64,000 nucleotides of DNA from Trueperaceae bacterium. GTDB lineage: Bacteria; Deinococcota; Deinococci; Deinococcales; Trueperaceae. Below are positions 39,405-48,566 of this stretch, one piece after another. A program made the translations under genes and the position numbers. The notes under the pieces were generated by a model. It was not told the origin of the DNA. It did no database searches and saw only the letters and a list, made by a program, of their open reading frames with translations. Each line of letters begins with the position of its first letter. The first letter of the stretch is position 1. Location of the stretch: the NCBI GenBank assembly GCA_965215565.1, contig CBDCDZ010000004.1, positions 3,200,001 to 3,264,000 of the forward strand, read 5' to 3'.

Positions 39405-40451
39405 TTGTTCGAACCCTCGATTATTTTAACGCTTCTCTTCGATGGACTTACCAACGGCGCAATTTACGCTTTCATGGCGCTGGGTATCGTCGTGCTCTAC
39501 TCCGTGACGAGCGTGATTAACGTTGCACAAGGAGAATTTGTGATGCTCTCAGCGCTGACCGTCGCAAGTTTCCAAGCGGCGCAGGTGCCGGGGACGCTCT
39601 ATCTCGTTGTGGCGGCGCTCGTAGCGTGGGCGCTCTTTGAGGCGGTTGGTGCACTTTTGGAGCGGCGCTATTTGCAGGCGCTGGTTCGCGCCGTTGTCCC
39701 CTTACTCGCTGCAGCGGGTATCTATTTCGTCATCACGCTGGCGGTTTCGGCAGGGCTCAACTACTGGCTACAAATCCTGCTTGCAGTGGCGCTCACGACA
39801 CTTCTCGGACCGCTTTGCTACCGGCTTATCGTGCAACCTCTTCCCAGAGCGTCTGTCCTCGTTTTCCTCATCCTCACGATTGGCTTACACCTCGCGCTGA
39901 CAGGTTTAGGACTGGCTTTTTGGGGACCCAACGCCTACGATATCCCCCCCTTTCAAGAGGGCGGCACGCTTTTAGGTCCTGTCTTCGTGAGCTATCAGAG
40001 CTTATGGGTGCTCGCGGTGGCTGCTTTAATGATGAGTGCTTTATACCTCTTTTTCAGCCGCAGCATCTACGGCAAAGCGCTTCGGGCGGCGGCGGTAAAC
40101 CGCTTGGGGGCGCGGCTCGTCGGGGTGAGCGCGGTGCAAGCTGGCAGCTTGAGCTTTACAATTTCCGTATTTCTCAGTGCAGTCGCGGGCGTACTGATTA
40201 CGCCGATCACGAAGATGGTCTATGACTTCGGGTTTCTTTTGGGGCTCAAAGGATTTGTTGGCGCGGTCATCGGTGGGCTAGTGAATCCGGCGGTGGCGGC
40301 GTTGGGGGCGCTTTTTATCGGCGTGGCGGAGCAGTTTAGCGCGTTTTATATCTCATCAGCGTACAAGGACGTGCTTGTCTTTCTGCTGATTATTCCCGTA
40401 TTACTCGTGCGCTCATTGCAACACCAAGACTTCGAGGAGCACGTGGACTGA
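39405..40451 (+). CDS. Liv-type ABC permease (LivH-like)
   Basis: GLTNGAIYA, INVAQGE, GKALRA. Confidence 0.88.
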   Translation: MFEPSIILTLLFDGLTNGAIYAFMALGIVVLYSVTSVINVAQGEFVMLSALTVASFQAAQVPGTLYLVVAALVAWALFEAVGALLERRYLQALVRAVVPLLAAAGIYFVITLAVSAGLNYWLQILLAVALTTLLGPLCYRLIVQPLPRASVLVFLILTIGLHLALTGLGLAFWGPNAYDIPPFQEGGTLLGPVFVSYQSLWVLAVAALMMSALYLFFSRSIYGKALRAAAVNRLGARLVGVSAVQAGSLSFTISVFLSAVAGVLITPITKMVYDFGFLLGLKGFVGAVIGGLVNPAVAALGALFIGVAEQFSAFYISSAYKDVLVFLLIIPVLLVRSLQHQDFEEHVD

Positions 40452-42337
40452 TGGCAAGGGAAGAGGTCAGGGCAGGGCGTGTGCCCGAAACGGAGAGGTT
40501 AGACCCTAAGCGCACAACCTCTGTGCAGCGTCTCGCCATTCCCTGGCGGCTCGGCTTGCTTGCGGCGTTCCTCATCTTTCTAGCGGTTGCGCCCTGGGTG
40601 CTCTCGCCCTTCTACGTCACGCTCCTGAATTTCATCGGCATGTACAGCATGGTGGTGATGGGGCTCGTTTTGCTCACAGGGTACGCAGGTCTAGCCTCTC
40701 TGGGACAGGCGGCGTTTATGGGCGTGGGGGCATACGCGGCGGCGATTCTCTCGAGTCGTTACGGCTTAAACCCCTGGCTCGGCATCCTGAGCGGCGTCGC
40801 CCTGTCTTCACTCGTCGCGTGGTTTATCGGGCTCATTACCTTGCGGCTCAAAGGTCACTTTTTGGCGCTCGCCACGCTCGCCTGGGGCATCGTCATCACC
40901 GGAATTTTGCGCAACTGGATAGAGGTCACAGGCGGCAACACGGGCTACGGCATCGGCGCGGCGCAGCGAATTCCCGCTTTAAGTATCTTCGGCTTCTCGC
41001 TGCGTGACGAGCGCTTTTACTACTATCTTGTCTGGGGTTGTGCGCTCCTCGTGCTTGTCTTGTCGCTGAATCTGATGCGTTCACGCACCGGACGCGCGAT
41101 TAAATCGCTTCGCACAGGTGCGGTGGCGGCGGCGTCTTTTGGCGTGGACGTGGCAAGTCTCAAGATGCTCTCGTTCGTGCTCGCGGCGGCGTTTGCAGCG
41201 CTCGCGGGCGGGCTCTTTGCGCACCTCTTCCGCTTCGTCAGCCCAAACCCGTTTGACCTCAATCAGTCGATTGACTTCTTGATTATGGCCGTCGTGGGCG
41301 GGCTCAGCAGTTTGTGGGGGGCGATTTTCGGGGCGGGGCTCTTCGTTGTGTTTGAAGAGGTGTTGCAAGAGACGCTGCCGCAACTCATCGGGCGGAGTGG
41401 AAACTACGAGATTATCGCGTTTGGCTTCGTGCTGATCTTGGTGCTGCACCGGGCGCGGCGCGGGCTGTTGCCTCTTCTGAACGGCTTTTTGCCGACGCCG
41501 CCACCCGAAAGCGTTCGTGAGGCGGAGCCGTTGCCGCCGCGTAGGAAAACCTCGAGCCAAAAGCGTCAGCAAGGGGTACGAGAGCCGCTTTTAGACCTCT
41601 CCAACGTCTCTAAAGTCTTCGGGGGTCTGAGGGCGGTAGACACCCTCTCGTTTAAGCTGGAACAAGGCGCAATCTTAGGGCTCATCGGTCCGAACGGCGC
41701 GGGGAAGACGACGGTGTTCAACCTCATTACGGGTGTCTTGCAACCAACTGAAGGCGAGATTCGCTTTGACGCTCAGAAGATAAGCCACTTGCCCCCCCAC
41801 AAAATCGCGCGGCGCGGGCTCGCTCGAACCTTCCAACATCTCAATTTAATCAGCAATATGAGTCTTTTGGAGAACGTCGCACTTGGAGGTTACACGCGCA
41901 CCTCTTCGAACTTCGTGCAGGGGATGTTGGGGTTGGAGCGCCGCGAGAACGCCCGGACGAGAGCCGAGGCGCTCAGGCAGTTAGAGCGCGTCGGCCTAGC
42001 AGAGAACGCCTTCGATACTGCCGACAGCCTACCTCTCGGCAAACAGCGACTCTTAGAAGTTGCCCGTGCGCTCATGGCCGACCCCGAACTTCTCCTCTTG
42101 GACGAACCCGCCGCCGGGCTGCGCAAACACGAAAAGACCGAGTTAATGACGCTCATTCGCAAGCTGCAAGGCGAGGGTATCACCGTGCTCATCGTCGAGC
42201 ACGACATGGATTTGGTGATGGCGTTAGCCGAGCGCATCGTCGTGATGAACTACGGAACGAAGCTCGCCGAAGGAACGCCCGCTGAAGTGAGAGGGAATCC
42301 GCAAGTGTTAGAGGCGTATTTGGGTGCGGACGAATGA
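40451..42337 (+). CDS. Fused Liv-type permease plus ATPase (LivM-LivG)
   Basis: GYAGLASLGQ permease; GPNGAGKTT, DEPAAG ATPase. Confidence 0.9.
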   Translation: MAREEVRAGRVPETERLDPKRTTSVQRLAIPWRLGLLAAFLIFLAVAPWVLSPFYVTLLNFIGMYSMVVMGLVLLTGYAGLASLGQAAFMGVGAYAAAILSSRYGLNPWLGILSGVALSSLVAWFIGLITLRLKGHFLALATLAWGIVITGILRNWIEVTGGNTGYGIGAAQRIPALSIFGFSLRDERFYYYLVWGCALLVLVLSLNLMRSRTGRAIKSLRTGAVAAASFGVDVASLKMLSFVLAAAFAALAGGLFAHLFRFVSPNPFDLNQSIDFLIMAVVGGLSSLWGAIFGAGLFVVFEEVLQETLPQLIGRSGNYEIIAFGFVLILVLHRARRGLLPLLNGFLPTPPPESVREAEPLPPRRKTSSQKRQQGVREPLLDLSNVSKVFGGLRAVDTLSFKLEQGAILGLIGPNGAGKTTVFNLITGVLQPTEGEIRFDAQKISHLPPHKIARRGLARTFQHLNLISNMSLLENVALGGYTRTSSNFVQGMLGLERRENARTRAEALRQLERVGLAENAFDTADSLPLGKQRLLEVARALMADPELLLLDEPAAGLRKHEKTELMTLIRKLQGEGITVLIVEHDMDLVMALAERIVVMNYGTKLAEGTPAEVRGNPQVLEAYLGADE

Positions 42338-43104
42338 GTGAACAGGTCAGTAAAGAGGCAAGGGAGCCACGAGGGAGTACGGTTTTAGAGGTTCATAACC
42401 TGAGCGTCCGCTACGGCGGCGTGCAAGCCCTTTCTGAAGTTTCACTGAGCGTGCGCAAAGGTGAACTCGTGACGGTCATCGGAGCGAACGGAGCAGGGAA
42501 AACGAGCCTCTTGAACGCGGTGATGGGTATTATTCCCAAGCATGAAGGGTCCGTAGTCTACGCGGATGAAGATATCAGCCGCGCTGTGCCCGAAGGCCTA
42601 GTCGAGAAAGGCATCACCCTCGTTCCCGAACGGCGCGAACTCTTTGCAGCGTTATCTGTCGAAGATAACTTACGTCTCGGTGCGTTTCACCGTTTTCGCA
42701 AGCGGGATAAAAATATCAAAAAGGATTTAGCGCAAGTCTACGACACCTTCCCGCGCCTCGCGGAGCGCAAAAAACAGCTCGCCGGGACGATGTCGGGGGG
42801 TGAACAGCAGATGCTCGCCGTCGGACGGGCAGTAATGAGCCGTCCGCAGCTTCTTCTATTGGACGAGCCCAGCTTGGGACTCGCGCCGCTCATTGTCAAA
42901 GAGATTTTTCGGGTGGTGGAAGGACTCAAGGCGCAGGGGGTCACGGTTTTACTCATCGAGCAAAACGCGAAGGTGGCGCTGAGGTTAGCGGATTACGGGT
43001 ACTTGCTCGAGACCGGCGAAGTCGTCCTCGGTGCGCCCGCGAGCGAACTTGCCAACCACGAGCGGGTAGCGGAGGCTTATCTGGGGTTATCCGCCACCTC
43101 ATGA
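42334..43104 (+). CDS. Liv-type ABC ATPase (LivF-like)
   Basis: GANGAGKT, MSGGEQQM, DEPSLGLAP. Confidence 0.92.
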   Translation: MSEQVSKEAREPRGSTVLEVHNLSVRYGGVQALSEVSLSVRKGELVTVIGANGAGKTSLLNAVMGIIPKHEGSVVYADEDISRAVPEGLVEKGITLVPERRELFAALSVEDNLRLGAFHRFRKRDKNIKKDLAQVYDTFPRLAERKKQLAGTMSGGEQQMLAVGRAVMSRPQLLLLDEPSLGLAPLIVKEIFRVVEGLKAQGVTVLLIEQNAKVALRLADYGYLLETGEVVLGAPASELANHERVAEAYLGLSATS

Positions 43105-43158
43105 TTTAGCGCTGTTCGCCTCACATTCGCTCAAGCGCCCTTCGCTTATCATCTAAAG

Positions 43159-43323
43159 ATGTCCGCTGAAATAATCTTATGGCTTGTAGGTTGCGGCGTG
43201 TTCCTGCTCGTACTCCTTTTCGTCGTGCGCTCCTACGTGCTCCAACATCATGATGAAGATGACGACGAGGCAGAGACTCGTGACGAATCCGAGGCTGAGC
43301 GCAAGGTTGACGCGCCGTCCTGA
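43159..43323 (+). CDS. 54-aa single-TM small protein with acidic tail
   Basis: MSAEIILWLVGCGVFLLVLLFVVRSYVLQHHDEDDDEAETRDESEAERKVDAPS; TATCAT 6 nt before ATG. Confidence 0.6.
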   Translation: MSAEIILWLVGCGVFLLVLLFVVRSYVLQHHDEDDDEAETRDESEAERKVDAPS

Positions 43324-43339
43324 CGCCCTAACGTCGGCG

Positions 43340-44263
43340 CTACCTCACGAGCAGCTTCGCTACTGCCAAATCCTCTAGCGCTACGCCGACTGACTTGAAG
43401 AGCGTCGTGACCTCTTCACTGCTTCGCTTGGTCTGCTCCGAGACGAGGCTGGCGAGGTCTCCTCTTACCGCTTCAAAGGACCAACCTTCCTGCGCCGCTT
43501 GGATGAGGTCGCCCGCTTCGGCTTTTGCGGCCTCTACGTCATCCACAAACACCTCTGACCTCTTAAACGTCTCACTATCCGACTCGCGCATTTCGGGCGT
43601 GAATGCGCCGACTAAATCGATATGCTGAGCACTACCCCTCAGGTATTCGGCGCGGACGAGGGGTTGGTTTGAGGTCGTTGCCGCGCTTATCGTGTCTGCC
43701 TGACTCAGCACCTCTTCTAAGTTAAACGCCACACTGACCTCTACGTCTGCACTCTCTTTTCGCACCTCTTTCACCGTCTGCGCCGCTCTGCTTTCGCCTC
43801 GTCCCCACACGAAAATCCGTTCGTACTCCCTCACGTGTGCGTGCGCCCGTGCCATGAACGGCGCGAGCGCGCCCGTGCCGATGACGAGGAGCGTCTTCGC
43901 GTTTTCGGGTGCGAGGTATTTCGCCGCTAGCGCCGACGCGCCCGCCGTGCGGATGCGGGTCAAGGCGGTTGCGGCGGTAGAGAGTACGGGCGTTCCGGTG
44001 GGATTCATCAGGGTATAGTGCGCTTGGACGGTGGGGAGGTTTCGGTCCGCGTTCGTCGGGATCACGCCGACTTGCTTTACACCGAACCAGCCCTCGGCGT
44101 CGGCGCAGGGCATGGTGAGATACGTACCCGCTGCGGGCGCGGGGATGACCACGCGCTCGGGGGAGAAGTAGCGAGCGGGGTTTTGAAAAGCGGTCTCCAG
44201 GCTGGTCAAAACCGCGTCCCAAGAGAGCGCGGCCTGCACGTCGGCGTCGTTGAGAAAGTTCAT
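43340..44263 (-). CDS. Ornithine cyclodeaminase / mu-crystallin family protein
   Basis: LTRIRTAG.SALA, GTGA, FKSVG.ALED. Confidence 0.9.
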   Translation of the reverse strand: MNFLNDADVQAALSWDAVLTSLETAFQNPARYFSPERVVIPAPAAGTYLTMPCADAEGWFGVKQVGVIPTNADRNLPTVQAHYTLMNPTGTPVLSTAATALTRIRTAGASALAAKYLAPENAKTLLVIGTGALAPFMARAHAHVREYERIFVWGRGESRAAQTVKEVRKESADVEVSVAFNLEEVLSQADTISAATTSNQPLVRAEYLRGSAQHIDLVGAFTPEMRESDSETFKRSEVFVDDVEAAKAEAGDLIQAAQEGWSFEAVRGDLASLVSEQTKRSSEEVTTLFKSVGVALEDLAVAKLLVR

Positions 44264-44556
44264 GGCAACAGCTTAACGGATGGAGAGGATAGAAGCGTCC
44301 TCGAGTGCTTAGCTTTCGGGTTGGCGAGTTGAGAAAACCTGAAAGGCTCGTTAGGTTCCGCTGATATTTCGTACTTTTTGAACCTGAGATGTACCATACT
44401 GAGTGAAGAAATAAGAAGCTGGAAGGAGGGGGCAAAGAAGAGGGATAGCAAACTGCAGACTTCGTATCGTGTAAGCATTTTTGGCGTGCCTCTCGAAATC
44501 AGATGTCAACACAGCCTAGCTGAGACGCTGCAGTATTCCAAAAGGTAAAGTGTCCC

Positions 44557-45243
44557 ATGTTTCCAAAACCTGAGAACCTAGATGAAGCGCGGCGTCTGCA
44601 GGGCGAGCTTGCGGCGCAGGTGAGGTTGGAGGGGCGTCTCGGGGGCGTCCGCACCTTGGCTGCTCTGGACGCCTCGATGATACAAAACGGACCTATCGTT
44701 GCAGCGGCGGTTCTGTGGGATGTGGCGGCGCAAGAGGTCAGAGAGATAGGGCTCGCGGCGGTGGACCAGGAAGAGGTTTTTCCCTATGTGTCCGGCTTCC
44801 TCTCCTTCCGCGAAGCGCCCGCTTATTTGGGCGCGTTAGCCGAACTCTCTACGCCGCCCGACCTCTTACTCGTGGACGGTCAAGGAATCGCTCATCCGAG
44901 GGGTCTAGGAATCGCGTCGCACTTAGGTGTGCATCTGGACACGCCGAGCATCGGGGTGGCGAAAAGTCGGCTTTACGGAGAAGCAGTAGGGGAGTTGGAC
45001 AAAGAGGTTGGGCGCGCGGTGCCACTCGAGGCCAAACAAGAGCAAATCGGCTGGGTGTACCGCTCGAGGACGGGCGTCAAACCTCTCTACCTCTCGCCGG
45101 GCCATAAGGTTGAAATGCTCGAGGTCTTGAATTTCGTCCGCAGCTTGCCGGGAAAAACCAAGCTGCCCGAGCCGCTGAGACAGGCGCATAACTGGGCGGG
45201 CAAGGCGCGCAAGGAAGGGTTAAGAGGTCGGCGCGTCCCGTAA
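44557..45243 (+). CDS. nfi: Endonuclease V
   Basis: FPYVSGFLSFRE, DGQGIAHPR, GVAKS, SPGH, PEP. Confidence 0.93.
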   Translation: MFPKPENLDEARRLQGELAAQVRLEGRLGGVRTLAALDASMIQNGPIVAAAVLWDVAAQEVREIGLAAVDQEEVFPYVSGFLSFREAPAYLGALAELSTPPDLLLVDGQGIAHPRGLGIASHLGVHLDTPSIGVAKSRLYGEAVGELDKEVGRAVPLEAKQEQIGWVYRSRTGVKPLYLSPGHKVEMLEVLNFVRSLPGKTKLPEPLRQAHNWAGKARKEGLRGRRVP

Positions 45244-45288
45244 GAGTTGCCTCACGCGCCTACAGCGCCGCGCGGTAAACTCGCCTTT

Positions 45289-45348
45289 ATGCGCGGTCTT
45301 TTCACCCTTATTTTGTTCGTCGCTGTAGTCGGCGTGTATCCTCTTTAA
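45289..45348 (+). CDS. 19-aa hydrophobic mini-ORF
   Basis: MRGLFTLILFVAVVGVYPL; TAAACT 7 nt upstream of ATG. Confidence 0.35.
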   Translation: MRGLFTLILFVAVVGVYPL

Positions 45349-45392
45349 GTCGTCCGCCCCTTCGCCCGGACCACATCCGGCGTCCCGAAGAC

Positions 45393-45872
45393 CTACAACC
45401 CCTCTTCCCCCTGCGCACTGACCAAAGGACGCTGCGCCGTAGAGGTCACGAAGCCGTGGAGCGGCGCAAGGGAGTCCAACCTGAGCCAGTCCCCCGCCGC
45501 CACGTCACCGGGTAGGCCCGCGAAAACGCTCACGATTAGAGGAATGCCCGCATCTATGACGACGGTGCGCTGCTGCCGCAAGAGCACCGGGCCCTGCGCG
45601 TGAACCCGGCTGAGCCCCGTGACCTCCAGACGCTTGCGCCTCTCGGCGGCTTTCTCGACGGTTTCGGTCATCGCGTTGACGATGATCTGTGCGCTGCCCG
45701 GCACGACGCCGTACGGACCCGTGCGCTCCAACACATGAAAGATTTTCCCTGCCGCGCTGCATTCCAAGAGCGGATTACCCTCCGTGCGCGAAAAGAGCTG
45801 CACGCTCGCGGCGTAGGGTCTCCACTGAGAGATGAAATTTTCGATCGAGTCTTCGAAGGCAGTCTCGGGCAT
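45393..45872 (-). CDS. Hypothetical protein
   Basis: 159-aa ORF with TAGACT 7 nt upstream of ATG. Confidence 0.65.
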   Translation of the reverse strand: MPETAFEDSIENFISQWRPYAASVQLFSRTEGNPLLECSAAGKIFHVLERTGPYGVVPGSAQIIVNAMTETVEKAAERRKRLEVTGLSRVHAQGPVLLRQQRTVVIDAGIPLIVSVFAGLPGDVAAGDWLRLDSLAPLHGFVTSTAQRPLVSAQGEEGL

Positions 45873-45970
45873 GGAGGACAGTCTAACCTACCGGTTACGC
45901 GGTACGAGGGCGCGTAGCGGCGGTTGGCGAAAGAGAATACAGGACCTCTTGCGAAGTGGTAAGCTAAAGT

Positions 45971-46003
45971 ATGTCGTTTCAGACGCCCCCGCCGCCCTCA
46001 TAG
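45971..46003 (+). CDS. Putative leaderless polyproline leader peptide MSFQTPPPPS
   Basis: TAAGCT(45960)-aaagt-ATG; codons ccc ccg ccg ccc; followed by terminator. Confidence 0.5.
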   Translation: MSFQTPPPPS

Positions 46004-46008
46004 CCCAC

Positions 46009-46042
46009 CCCGCCGTGATGCACACTGGCGGGCGTTTTTTTT
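46009..46042 (+). terminator. Intrinsic terminator
   Basis: cccgccgtg atgca cactggcggg cg TTTTTTTT. Confidence 0.75.
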
Positions 46043-46094
46043 GCGCGATTGGACGGGGCCCTGCAGGGTGGTAGGGTGGCTCTGAGGCTCAGTG

Positions 46095-46187
46095 TAGCGG
46101 CAAGCATACTGAGAGACGCAGATATTATCGTAAACATGTGCCACACGGCGTGACGTGAGCGCGTTTCTGACCGGATGATACCTGCTA
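46095..46187 (-). mobile_element. MITE-like family copy J
   Basis: catactgagagacgcagatattatc...ccggatgatacctgcta. Confidence 0.7.
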
Positions 46188-46199
46188 TCAGGAGGACCC

Positions 46200-46898
46200 A
46201 TGCTCGACAAACTCAGCCAAGTACAACTGCGTGACTTAGACCTCGATACCTTACAAGAGGAGAAGGGGCGCACCCCCAAAGACCTCGTCGCGGCGAGGGA
46301 GCGCAAAGAGGCGTTAGAGGCGCGCCTAGCGCAGACCGAGGCGCGTTTCAGTGAGGTGCGCCAGGAGGTAAACCGCAACGAGCTGGAGATTAAAACCTTG
46401 AACGAGCGCCGTGAGAGCGCCGCGAACGCCGCCATCGCAGCGGGCCCGACGCGCGAAGCGGCGCAGTACCAGAATCAGGAGTTGCAGTTCGCGACGCGCG
46501 TGCAGGAGCTAGAGGACGACACGCTGCCGCTCATGGAGCGCATGGAGGGGTTAGAGGGAGAAGTCGCCGAGCTTAAAGCCGCGCTCGCCGAGCTAAAACC
46601 TCAACTGAGCGAACTGGCCCAAACGGAAGAGGCGCGTGTCGCAGGGGTCGAGGAGAAAATCAGCACTTTGACGGACGAGCGCAACGCCGCCGCCGAAGGC
46701 ATCGACGCCCCGCTCCTCAAGCAGTACGAACAGGTGCGCCGCGCCAAGCGCGGCGTCGGCGTCGTGCCGATCGTGGACAACCAGCGCTGCGGCGGGTGCA
46801 GTATGCGCCTGCCCATCCACGTGATCCAAAAGACTAAAACGGGTAAAAAGATCACCCGCTGCCCGAGCTGCGGGCGGATTTTGTGGGCGAAGGACTAA
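46200..46898 (+). CDS. Coiled-coil plus C4 zinc-ribbon protein (DUF164 family)
   Basis: LQ..DL.LD-like start, long coiled coil, CGGC...CPSCGRIL. Confidence 0.88.
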   Translation: MLDKLSQVQLRDLDLDTLQEEKGRTPKDLVAARERKEALEARLAQTEARFSEVRQEVNRNELEIKTLNERRESAANAAIAAGPTREAAQYQNQELQFATRVQELEDDTLPLMERMEGLEGEVAELKAALAELKPQLSELAQTEEARVAGVEEKISTLTDERNAAAEGIDAPLLKQYEQVRRAKRGVGVVPIVDNQRCGGCSMRLPIHVIQKTKTGKKITRCPSCGRILWAKD

Positions 46899-46900
46899 AA

Positions 46901-46972
46901 GCAGCAATGAGTTGAAAATAGCGAGCAATGAGCATTGAAGTTCCACTTTTTGCTCGTTGCTCATTGCTGTTT
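46901..46972. repeat. GAGCAAT heptamer inverted array
   Basis: gcagcaatgag..gcgagcaatgagca opposed to tgctcgttgctcattgctg. Confidence 0.75.
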
Positions 46973-46982
46973 TCCTCCTTGG

Positions 46983-47180
46983 AGCAGTTCCATTTATCAT
47001 TGCTGCACTTCTCCGCAAATCTCAGCCTGTCAAGGTTAGCGGAACTTCATCCCTGAAAGTGCGTGCTAGGCGATGTTCTCTTTAGTAAGAGCGTTGCTTC
47101 GCTTACGAAGTTTCCCTCCGGGAATGGCTTCGCCCAAGCTGACCAGATGATTGAGCGAAGCTATACGAAGTAACCTGCTA
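46983..47180 (-). mobile_element. MITE-like family copy H with micro-inserts
   Basis: agcagttcc...aaagtgcgtgctag...ccagatgat[insert]acctgcta. Confidence 0.78.
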
Positions 47181-47240
47181 TTACATTCTTCACGCCGGGT
47201 GTCCGCGCTATACTGGCGGACACATGAAAGAGGTGAAGTG

Positions 47241-48089
47241 GTGAGTACAGTTCCAAGTATCACGTTAAATAGCGGCAAGACGATTCCGCAGCTCGGCTTC
47301 GGCACGTATCAGATCAAACCCGAGAACGCGGTGGAGGCGGTCAGCAAGGCGCTCGAGGTGGGCTACCGCCATATCGACACCGCGCAGATGTACGGCAACG
47401 AGAAAGAGGTCGGCGAGGCGATTCACGCTTTTAGCGCGGACCGGAGCGAGGTTTTCGTCACGAGCAAGCTCAACAACGGCTTTCACGAACCGGACGACGC
47501 GCGCCGGTCATTCGACGAGACGCTCTCCAAGCTCGGCGTTGAGTACGTAGACCTCTTTCTCATCCACTGGCCCCTGCCGACACGCTACGGCGGCGACTAC
47601 GTCTCGACGTGGCAGACCTTAGAGGAGTTCTACCGTGACGGACGCGCGCGCTCGGTCGGCGTGTCGAACTTTCAGGTCGCGCACCTAGAGCGGCTCGCCG
47701 CCGAGAGCGAGACCGTGCCCGCCGTGAACCAGATCGAGGCGCACCCTTACTTTCTCAACGGTGAGGTGCGCGCTTACGGTCAAGAACACGACATCGAGAC
47801 CGAGGCGTGGTCGCCCATCGCACAAGGGGAAGTCCTAGACGACGCCACGATCACGAGCATCGCAGAAGAGGTCGGTAAGACGCCCGCGCAGGTGGTGTTG
47901 CGCTGGCACATCCAACGCGGCGACATTGTGTTTCCCAAGTCGGTAACGCCCTCGCGCATCGAGGAGAACTTCGCGATCTTCGACTTCGAGTTGGATTCCG
48001 GCGCTATGGATAAGATCAGCGCCTTGGGCAAGGGCGAGGCGGGACGCACCGGACCGAACCCGGACGAGTTCGACTACATCCCGGACTAA
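47241..48089 (+). CDS. Aldo/keto reductase (2,5-DKG reductase-like)
   Basis: GYRHIDTAQMYGNE, LIHWP, GVSNF, PKSV; GTG after GAGGTG. Confidence 0.92.
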   Translation: MSTVPSITLNSGKTIPQLGFGTYQIKPENAVEAVSKALEVGYRHIDTAQMYGNEKEVGEAIHAFSADRSEVFVTSKLNNGFHEPDDARRSFDETLSKLGVEYVDLFLIHWPLPTRYGGDYVSTWQTLEEFYRDGRARSVGVSNFQVAHLERLAAESETVPAVNQIEAHPYFLNGEVRAYGQEHDIETEAWSPIAQGEVLDDATITSIAEEVGKTPAQVVLRWHIQRGDIVFPKSVTPSRIEENFAIFDFELDSGAMDKISALGKGEAGRTGPNPDEFDYIPD

Positions 48090-48113
48090 GAGGGATCAGG
48101 TTAAGAGGAGAGC

Positions 48114-48566
48114 TTACCGCTTCTGCCGAAAGTTCCGAATCTTCGCCGTGATGATGAAGTCGCCCTCAAAGAGGTAAAACTCCTGCAACTCGAGACCCTC
48201 CACCTGCTGGTTCATGAGCGACTGAATATCTAGGAGCAGCTTGGGCTCACGCTCGCCGCGCTGAATGCGAATGCCCTCGGGTAAGGGGATGCGCTCGGTG
48301 ATGAGGTTGAGGAGGCGGTGCAGCGGGATAATGTAAACGTTGGTGGCGAGGTCAAAGGTGGCGACGCCCGCCGCAAAAGAGCGAAAGGTCAGCTCGAGCC
48401 TGATTTTCGGCGCGATTCGGTGTAGCGCCTGGGGCAGCGAGGTCTTGGGGTCGATCGTGACATGGACGGTGTTACCTTGCGCGATGATGCGCTCGATTTG
48501 CGGCGGGAGCGGCTTGTCACTCGTGGCGAGGTCTATCGCTTCGGGAAAGGGCAAGACGAGCTGCAT
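48114..48566 (-). CDS. Hypothetical protein, third gene of recF operon
   Basis: ORF directly abuts DUF721 stop. Confidence 0.65.
   Translation of the reverse strand: MQLVLPFPEAIDLATSDKPLPPQIERIIAQGNTVHVTIDPKTSLPQALHRIAPKIRLELTFRSFAAGVATFDLATNVYIIPLHRLLNLITERIPLPEGIRIQRGEREPKLLLDIQSLMNQQVEGLELQEFYLFEGDFIITAKIRNFRQKR

Noticed and set aside
40451..42337. LivM-LivG fusion as a novelty
   Set aside because: Known architecture in Liv-type transporters
44446..44540. Possible additional MITE copy upstream of nfi
   Set aside because: Only short motif resemblance; cannot be aligned confidently by eye
47151..47240. Upstream extensions of the AKR ORF (and similarly the exonuclease 28022-28198 and FrnE 63042-63128)
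   Set aside because: They run through repeats or neighbouring genes; better starts lie downstream
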